Positions 57,663-64,000 of a DNA stretch of 64,000 bases are shown piece after piece (positions within the stretch are counted from its first letter, which is position 1; each line of letters begins with the position of its first letter). Origin of the DNA: Gammaproteobacteria bacterium (lineage in GTDB: Bacteria; Pseudomonadota; Gammaproteobacteria; G965277405); NCBI GenBank assembly GCA_965277405.1, contig OZ255726.1, positions 1,920,001-1,984,000 on the forward strand, read 5' to 3'. The notes beneath the pieces were generated by a model, which was given only the letters and a program-made list of their open reading frames with translations, had not been told where the DNA came from and ran no database searches. Both the position numbers and the translations under genes were made by a program.

Positions 57663-59929
57663 AATTCTGAGAATGTTGATGTCGGTAACTGTAATAGTGA
57701 TGCAGCGGTGATAAGCAATGCACCTTGACGGTTAGTTGACCAAGCGCAGCGCATTAATTTGCTTTTTCCAGTTATAACATATCTGGTGTTGGGAAAGTAT
57801 TGCGCCGCCTGTGTTGCACGGATAATTGTATCTGCCTCAGCTATAAACACAGCAGCTTGTCGTGTTGTCAGTATTTTATGAATATTTTTCATGCTGCCAA
57901 GCTGCACCAGTGCCTGGGGTGTTGCGATTACGCAGCCAGTTGCATAACTGGATACTATTGTTGGCAATGGCGCAGCTTGTAGCGCATATATGGGGCACGG
58001 CATTTGTTGAATTGCGCGTAAGGCAGCTTGCTGCGTTGGCATATTCCCACCAATAAAATGGATGTTTTCCTGCAGTTGGCGATAGGTGATTGAACGGTGT
58101 TGCAGCGCTGCAACATTCCCCAATATATAGATGAACTTGCCAGAATTGAACAACACAAGTGGCTCGGTGGGGCTAGCCATTACCAGCGTGGTATCGCTGG
58201 CGGTCCTGCCAACAAAAACCAGACTGCAAACAAGCGCCAACAATACCATGCGCATAGGGAGATAGCGGACGCGAGGCAATCCAAATATTGCATTCGGTAA
58301 CAAAACAGCCAATGACCCAATGGCAATGAACAGCAGTTCAATATACGAATAATGCAGCATATGCGGGAGATTAAAGCGGGCAATATCCAGCTGCGCAATA
58401 ACGGTGAGGAATTGCCATACATATGCAAAGCCCACATCAAGCCAAGCAATCAGCATTTGCGCAGTAACGCTGCAATGCAGCGCCACCAACAATGCCGCAG
58501 CAAGCAGCATTGGTAAGATGAATATGCTCAACGCAGGGACAAGCACCACATTTGCGACCATCGACGCCAAGTTCACCCAACCATAGTAGCCAGCCAGCAG
58601 CGGCGTTAGCACAATGCTGATGACAATTTGCGCAGCAAACAGCCATTGGACTACGCGGAATTTGTGTTTTGTATGCCATCGATGCGCACCAATCAGCCCA
58701 ATGACTGCAGTAAACGAGAACCAAAACCCACTATCAAATACTGCTAATGGAGTGATGCAAAGGGTAATAAACAGCGCAAACAACCAATACTGCCAAACTG
58801 GTTGTGGTCGTTGCAGCGCATAGATAACACTCGCTGCGCTCAGCATTACCCATGCGCGCTGGGTCGCGATGCCCCAGCCAGCTTGATAGGCATAGCCACT
58901 AGCGAGTAACAACCCAATACACCAAGGGAGTTGCTGCAAAAGCAATGCATGCCAATAGATGCGAATTGGCGCGAGTATTGCTTTGGTTATAAAAAAACCG
59001 ATGGCAAATACCATCGCCAAATGCAGACCAGAAACTACCACCATATGCACTGTTGCCGTATCACGCAGCACTGCCCATTGATTGTCTTGAATGTAGCTGC
59101 GATCACCAGTAATCAGTGCGTAATAAATCCCAAAAAACTCGCTATTACCAAGACTATCCCTCAAAGCACTTTTCCATATTGCAATACGCCGCATACTCGC
59201 GGCATATAGCGTTTGGGCAGGCGCTGCTGGCTGCCACGAACTGATGTTTGCCGTGCGGCAAATCTGCTGTTGTTTTAACCAACGTAAATAATCAAAACCA
59301 CCAAAATTCTGTTGAGAACGAATAGGATACACGCGTGCTGCCTGCCATTGGTATTCGATACCCGGTATCAGTTGCACAGATGTTGCCAGATGTCTATCAT
59401 CGATATAGCCACGCAGCGTACACCCAGGCACTGTTTGGCGTTGTGTTACTTGCTGTTGTGCCACTGCTATGTCCACGCGCGTTGCGGTTGCAGTTGCGCT
59501 AACTTTAAGCAGTTTTCCAGTAACCACGTGGGGTTGATATGATGGCTGCGCCGCGTAGAACATAGCCTCGCTACTGAGGTGAATAATCGCGATACAGCTG
59601 CCAAACAGCAGGCTCAACACCATTGTTTTATGTTTAGTTAGCAGCAGCAACATCGCGGTAATCACCGCGATGGCAACCGCCGCTTGTCTGCCGCATGCAA
59701 GCGCAATAAACATGCTCAAAACAACGCCTATCATCCACAGCAATATTGAAATATGCTTACTGTTGTGGTGGCTGGATATTTGCCAAAATAATCTTAGCAG
59801 CATTTTAGCAGCATAGTTGACGGGCTGAACATTCAGAATTAAACTCAACACGGTGTGGTAGACAACCATACAATATCGTTGCAGCAGTTCAAATATGCTA
59901 AAGGGACAGTTTGCTGAAAGTTGCCACAC
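57584..59929 (-). CDS. comEC: ComEC/Rec2 competence DNA channel (start uncertain, divergent C-terminus)
   Basis: N.GGFDY, AL.TGDR, H..VVSGLH, RA..M, GFW.SF.AV. Confidence 0.85.
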   Translation of the reverse strand: MWQLSANCPFSIFELLQRYCMVVYHTVLSLILNVQPVNYAAKMLLRLFWQISSHHNSKHISILLWMIGVVLSMFIALACGRQAAVAIAVITAMLLLLTKHKTMVLSLLFGSCIAIIHLSSEAMFYAAQPSYQPHVVTGKLLKVSATATATRVDIAVAQQQVTQRQTVPGCTLRGYIDDRHLATSVQLIPGIEYQWQAARVYPIRSQQNFGGFDYLRWLKQQQICRTANISSWQPAAPAQTLYAASMRRIAIWKSALRDSLGNSEFFGIYYALITGDRSYIQDNQWAVLRDTATVHMVVVSGLHLAMVFAIGFFITKAILAPIRIYWHALLLQQLPWCIGLLLASGYAYQAGWGIATQRAWVMLSAASVIYALQRPQPVWQYWLFALFITLCITPLAVFDSGFWFSFTAVIGLIGAHRWHTKHKFRVVQWLFAAQIVISIVLTPLLAGYYGWVNLASMVANVVLVPALSIFILPMLLAAALLVALHCSVTAQMLIAWLDVGFAYVWQFLTVIAQLDIARFNLPHMLHYSYIELLFIAIGSLAVLLPNAIFGLPRVRYLPMRMVLLALVCSLVFVGRTASDTTLVMASPTEPLVLFNSGKFIYILGNVAALQHRSITYRQLQENIHFIGGNMPTQQAALRAIQQMPCPIYALQAAPLPTIVSSYATGCVIATPQALVQLGSMKNIHKILTTRQAAVFIAEADTIIRATQAAQYFPNTRYVITGKSKLMRCAWSTNRQGALLITAASLLQLPTSTFSELWQTFNQRYLIASIPWCFPDSTDAVL

Positions 59930-60011
59930 AATTGTGTTGTAAACGCAGATATGTGTTTGACTGACACTGACTGATTTGTAGTATCCCGATAATTTTCACA
60001 GACTCAATGCC

Positions 60012-60626
60012 ATGGAATCGCACCGACAACGCTCCTTTACACCAAGCCATTCATCACGAAGATCATTTCTACAATGGCTGGCATATGGCAGCGCAACTAT
60101 TGGCGGGATATTTGCAGCAATACCATTTTTGCGCACGTTCGCCCCCAGCGAAAAAGCCAAAGCTGTTGGTGCACCAGTAGATATTGACATTAGCAAAATA
60201 GCCGCAGGGCAGCTATTAACCACACCATGGCGCGGCAAACCTATTTGGGTGTTGCGCCGCAGCAAGGCAATGCTTGAGTCATTGCCAGCAGTTACGGCAA
60301 CATTGCAAGACCCCGCCTCCCAGTCGAGCAGCCAACCTGACTATATAAACCCAGAATATCGTTCGCGCAAACCAGAAATATTAGTGCTGGTTGGCATCTG
60401 CACCCATTTAGGCTGTATTCCGTTATTTAAGCCAGAATCTGGCGATACCACCATTGCCAGCGATTGGGCAGGCGGGTTTTACTGCCCATGCCATGGCTCA
60501 CGCTTCGATTTAGCAGGGCGCGTGGTTAAAAATGTCCCGGCGCCAACAAATTTGGCTGTGCCGCCATATGCCTTTGTGGATGACTCGACAATTCGCATCG
60601 GTGTAGACACAGTAGAACAAGCATAA
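60012..60626 (+). CDS. petA: Ubiquinol-cytochrome c reductase Rieske subunit
   Basis: Tat SRRSFL, WRGKP, CTHLGC, CPCHGS. Confidence 0.95.
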   Translation: MESHRQRSFTPSHSSRRSFLQWLAYGSATIGGIFAAIPFLRTFAPSEKAKAVGAPVDIDISKIAAGQLLTTPWRGKPIWVLRRSKAMLESLPAVTATLQDPASQSSSQPDYINPEYRSRKPEILVLVGICTHLGCIPLFKPESGDTTIASDWAGGFYCPCHGSRFDLAGRVVKNVPAPTNLAVPPYAFVDDSTIRIGVDTVEQA

Positions 60627-61858
60627 TGGCAACACCAACTGCAGGGTTTTGGGGCTGGATCAACAAACGCTATCCGCTGGAAGCAACACTCGAAAAGCAC
60701 ATCACCAAATACTACGCCCCAAAAAACTTTAATTTTTTATACATGATGGGCTTTTTGGCAATGGTGGTACTGGTATTACAACTGATGAGCGGCATTTTTT
60801 TAACGATGAACTACAAACCAGATGCAGATTTAGCATTTGCATCCGTTGAATACATCATGCGCGACGTAGACATGGGCTGGCTGATTCGCTACTTACACTC
60901 AACAGGCGCATCAGCATTTTTTGTAGTGGTATATATCCATATTTTTCGCGGACTACTATACGGCTCATACAAAGACCCGCGCGAATTACTGTGGATTGTC
61001 GGCATGCTAATTTTTGTTATTTTAATGGCAGAAGCGTTTTTTGGCTACATGTTGCCATGGGGACAAATGTCGTATTGGGGCGGACAAGTTATTGTAAATC
61101 TCGTGCAATCCATCCCGATTATTGGCACAGATTTAGCCGAATGGGTGCGTGGTGATTTTGTGATTTCAGATATTACTTTGAACAGATTTTTTGCCTTGCA
61201 CGTTATCGCACTCCCGCTCGCCCTGGTTGGCGTAGTGTTTGTCCACATCGTCGCCCTCCACCAAGTCGGCTCAAATAATCCTGATGGTATTGAAATAAAA
61301 GACAACAAAGACGCAGCGGGTATTCCAGTAGACGGCATTCCTTTTCACCCATATATAACCTCAAAAGACATGGTCGGGCTGTTTATATTTTTGATTATCT
61401 TCTGCGCCGTACTGTTTTATGCACCAGAAGGTGGCGGCTACTTTTTAGAAGCCCCAAATTTTATAGAGGCAAACCCCCTAAAAACCCCAGAACACATTGC
61501 CCCAGTCTGGTATTTCACCCCGTTTTATGCCATGTTACGCGCGATACCCAGCATGTTTAACTCACAATTTCCAGGCACATTTGTGATGGGAGCAGCAGTT
61601 ATGATTTGGTTTATCCTGCCGTGGTTAGATAAATCACCAGTAAAATCGATGCGCTATAAAGGCGTATTATCGCGTATTTTCTTATTTCTGCTGGTGATAA
61701 GTTTTTTCGTACTCGGCGTCTTGGGCACATTGTCGCCAACCCCATTTAGAACAACCATCGCACAAGTCTGTACCGTTGTGTATTTTTCCTATTTTATGTT
61801 AATGCCTTTGTATACGCGGATTGAATCCCACCAAACCCCGCCGGCACGGCTAACATAA
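60626..61858 (+). CDS. petB: Cytochrome b
   Basis: RYLHSTGAS, HIFRG, PWGQMSYWG, RFFALH, PVWYF. Confidence 0.95.
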   Translation: MATPTAGFWGWINKRYPLEATLEKHITKYYAPKNFNFLYMMGFLAMVVLVLQLMSGIFLTMNYKPDADLAFASVEYIMRDVDMGWLIRYLHSTGASAFFVVVYIHIFRGLLYGSYKDPRELLWIVGMLIFVILMAEAFFGYMLPWGQMSYWGGQVIVNLVQSIPIIGTDLAEWVRGDFVISDITLNRFFALHVIALPLALVGVVFVHIVALHQVGSNNPDGIEIKDNKDAAGIPVDGIPFHPYITSKDMVGLFIFLIIFCAVLFYAPEGGGYFLEAPNFIEANPLKTPEHIAPVWYFTPFYAMLRAIPSMFNSQFPGTFVMGAAVMIWFILPWLDKSPVKSMRYKGVLSRIFLFLLVISFFVLGVLGTLSPTPFRTTIAQVCTVVYFSYFMLMPLYTRIESHQTPPARLT

Positions 61859-62614
61859 GTGGCTACTATACACAGAACATTATTTACCATGCTTAGAACA
61901 TGTTTATTTTCAGCATTGCTGGTGCTCATCTCCCCCACGCTAGTTGCCAGCGGCGCCACAGCGCTACAACTAACCAAGCCAAGGCTTGATATTACCAATA
62001 TTGAATCATTGCAGCGCGGCGCAGCATACTTTTTTAACAAATGCACCGCCTGTCATAGCGCCTCACTGCTGCGTTATAACAGAATGACCAAAGACCTTGG
62101 CTTGACAGAACAACAAATCGCCGCATACTTGCCAGCTACCGCCAAGATTACCGACGGCATCCAGGCGGCGTTATCAGCAGCACAGGGCACCGCAGCATAC
62201 GGGGTAGCCCCACCAGATTTATCGTTAAAAGCCCGCGAACACGGCACCACATGGCTGTTTAATTTTTTTACAACATTTTATGAAGACAGCAATGCCAAAG
62301 GCGGGTCAAATAATCTCATGCTCCCAGGTACCGCCATGCCGAATCAGTTTATGGCAGACCAAGGCTTGCAACAGCCCGTATATGCAGCAGACACCACCAC
62401 CATTATTGGCGTTGCCGCCCAAAGCCCAGGCGGCAAACAACACAAACAGTTCCATAATACCATGCAAGACCTCGTCAATTTTTTAGACTACGTCGGCGAA
62501 CCCGCAAAAATCCAACGCGTTACCATGGGCAAATGGGTCATCGGTTTTTTGTTCATTTTACTCGGGCTGTTTTGGCTGCTAAAACGCGACTATTGGCTAG
62601 ATATTCGCAAATAG
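61859..62614 (+). CDS. petC: Cytochrome c1
   Basis: LQRGA, CTACHS, PPDLS, AMP, C-terminal TM helix. Confidence 0.93.
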   Translation: MATIHRTLFTMLRTCLFSALLVLISPTLVASGATALQLTKPRLDITNIESLQRGAAYFFNKCTACHSASLLRYNRMTKDLGLTEQQIAAYLPATAKITDGIQAALSAAQGTAAYGVAPPDLSLKAREHGTTWLFNFFTTFYEDSNAKGGSNNLMLPGTAMPNQFMADQGLQQPVYAADTTTIIGVAAQSPGGKQHKQFHNTMQDLVNFLDYVGEPAKIQRVTMGKWVIGFLFILLGLFWLLKRDYWLDIRK

Positions 62615-62615
62615 C

Positions 62616-63398
62616 ATGCCACATAGCATCAATAACAACACCTGGTGCAGCTATGCTGCGTGTATCCTCGCTATTTCAGCCTCAAGTTGCTCCAGCATTC
62701 CCGCCGACAAACTCACCCCAGCAGACCCATGGGAAAACGCCAACCGCTCCACCTATCGGTTTAATACCACAATTGATAGCTATGCATTTAAACCGCTAGC
62801 ACAAGGGTATGCTGCCATCACCCCAACCTACCTACAAACCCGCATCAGCAATTTTTTTTCCAATATCAGCGAACCGTGGTACATGCTCCACAACACCTTG
62901 CAAGGTGAAGGCGAAGACGCCATCCAATCGCTAATGCGCTTTGCTTTCAACACCACCTTTGGTATTTTTGGACTGCTTGATATAGCCTCAGAGCTTGGCA
63001 TGGAACAACGGCAAGAATCGCTAGGGCTAACCTTGGGCAAATGGGGGCTGGGGCGCGGCCCATACCTGATGCTGCCATTGTTTGGTCCTAGCACCACCCG
63101 CCAAGCAACTGCTGCGCTGCTTGACTTTACAGCGTATGATAAGCTAACCGCCAGCGTGCCAGACACCACCAAAATACCATTACGCGCATTGGAATTATTG
63201 CAATTGCGCGCCGGGTTACTGCCCCATGAAAACGCCATCTTTGGCGACGAATACGTGTTTATTCGCACCGCCTATCTGCAAATCTTAGTAGCCGCTGAGC
63301 AAGACCACCTCCAAGATAGCGACGCCATCGATAGCTTTGAGGATGACTACTTTGACGACGACGACTGGTATGACGACCCCGCAACCACTGAGCCCTAA
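62616..63398 (+). CDS. mlaA: MlaA/VacJ lipoprotein
   Basis: Lipobox Cys, DPWE..NR..Y.FN, NFFSN, N.T.G..GL.D.A, GPYL.LP..GPST.R. Confidence 0.92.
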   Translation: MPHSINNNTWCSYAACILAISASSCSSIPADKLTPADPWENANRSTYRFNTTIDSYAFKPLAQGYAAITPTYLQTRISNFFSNISEPWYMLHNTLQGEGEDAIQSLMRFAFNTTFGIFGLLDIASELGMEQRQESLGLTLGKWGLGRGPYLMLPLFGPSTTRQATAALLDFTAYDKLTASVPDTTKIPLRALELLQLRAGLLPHENAIFGDEYVFIRTAYLQILVAAEQDHLQDSDAIDSFEDDYFDDDDWYDDPATTEP

Positions 63399-63414
63399 AA
63401 CGCCAACCACTTAA

Positions 63415-63698
63415 GGAATCTCTGATATAAGTCGCTGATGGAGCGAGTTTGCCTGCAATTGCTGATGATTGCAAGGCGCAAACCGCTAAGCGCATGCCGT
63501 AGCATATACGCCAAGGGATGCAACACAGCAAGTACCGCTGCAGCAAACCCAAAGTATATTCAACAGAAGGACGGGAAAAAACGCTGCGCTAAACGTTGCA
63601 GCACTTGATAATACCACCAGTATTATCTGCGCACTGCGTATAGTTATCATCAGCGTTTTTTCTCCGTCTCGCCCGTCATGGACTTAATCAGAGCTTCC
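63415..63698 (+). mobile_element. Full-length MITE (~284 bp)
   Basis: TTAA|GGAATCTCTGATATAAGTC...GACTTAATCAGAGCTTCC|CTAA. Confidence 0.92.
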
Positions 63699-63790
63699 CT
63701 AAATGACTACAGCCAGCGCTGATTCAGTCACTGATACCGCAAGTTTGTTGGCAATTGCCGTAAACTCCATAAAAAATACTCGTGCATTTG

Positions 63791-63818
63791 TTGACAGCAG
63801 CAAAGCTGCAAATACTAT
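63791..63818 (+). promoter_or_regulatory. sigma70 promoter of tRNA-Glu
   Basis: TTGACA-16 bp-TACTAT, 9 bp before the tRNA 5' end. Confidence 0.7.
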
Positions 63819-63827
63819 GCCGAGCAC

Positions 63828-63903
63828 GTCCCCATCGTCTAGTGGCTCAGGACTCTGCCCTTTCACGGCAGCAACAGGGGTTCGAACCCCCTTGGGGACG
63901 CCA
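63828..63903 (+). tRNA. tRNA-Glu (UUC)
   Basis: GTCCCCA/TGGGGAC acceptor stem, CTGCC-CTTTCAC-GGCAG anticodon arm, GGTTCGAA T-loop, encoded CCA; 76 nt. Confidence 0.96.
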
Positions 63904-64000
63904 GCTGCAGCAAGTCAACATTTTACCAACTATAAATTATTGCGACAGGCAACAGCTATATGCACATGTTGTCTATTAAGCATTTGGCTGCTAATACCAG

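Noticed and set aside
63782-63979. 65-aa ORF; tRNA-Glu as integration site
   Set aside because: ORF overlaps the tRNA; no duplicated tRNA 3' end or adjacent integrase seen within the window

Overview
This is a bacterial chromosomal window, most likely from a gammaproteobacterium (inferred from aroE-yggX-ispA, comEC-exbB-exbD, petABC, mlaA and tRNA-Glu), overlaid by several accessory layers. (1) A TRAP transporter is followed by decayed ltnD/otnK...otnI (L-threonate catabolism) fragments. An AT-rich island sits between these fragments and carries an IS1595 remnant, a Type IIG RM remnant, an 8-bp SSR and a complete Type I RM locus (hsdM-hsdS-rhuM-hsdR-M48/YgjP). (2) A ~2.5 kb defective integrative element has a frameshifted Rci/HP1-like integrase, an apparently intact repressor/AlpA switch with operators, and three tiny unannotated genes. 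(3) A ~30 kb, same-strand methylamine/C1 catabolic cluster runs PYROXD2-like oxidoreductase, betI, dipeptidase, 4VR protein, dgcA, dgcB-etfAB, soxBDAG, fdhD, mobA, fdsGBAD. It is split between dgcA and dgcB by a GC-richer ABC transporter/amidase cassette. (4) A ~285-bp MITE family with 18-bp TIRs (GGAACCTCTGATTAAGTC) and short target duplications occurs as five full-length copies, one deleted copy, a second subtype and several solo or fused TIRs. One copy interrupts a yafQ toxin gene and creates a new chimeric ORF. All product calls come from motif recognition only; no database searches were run.
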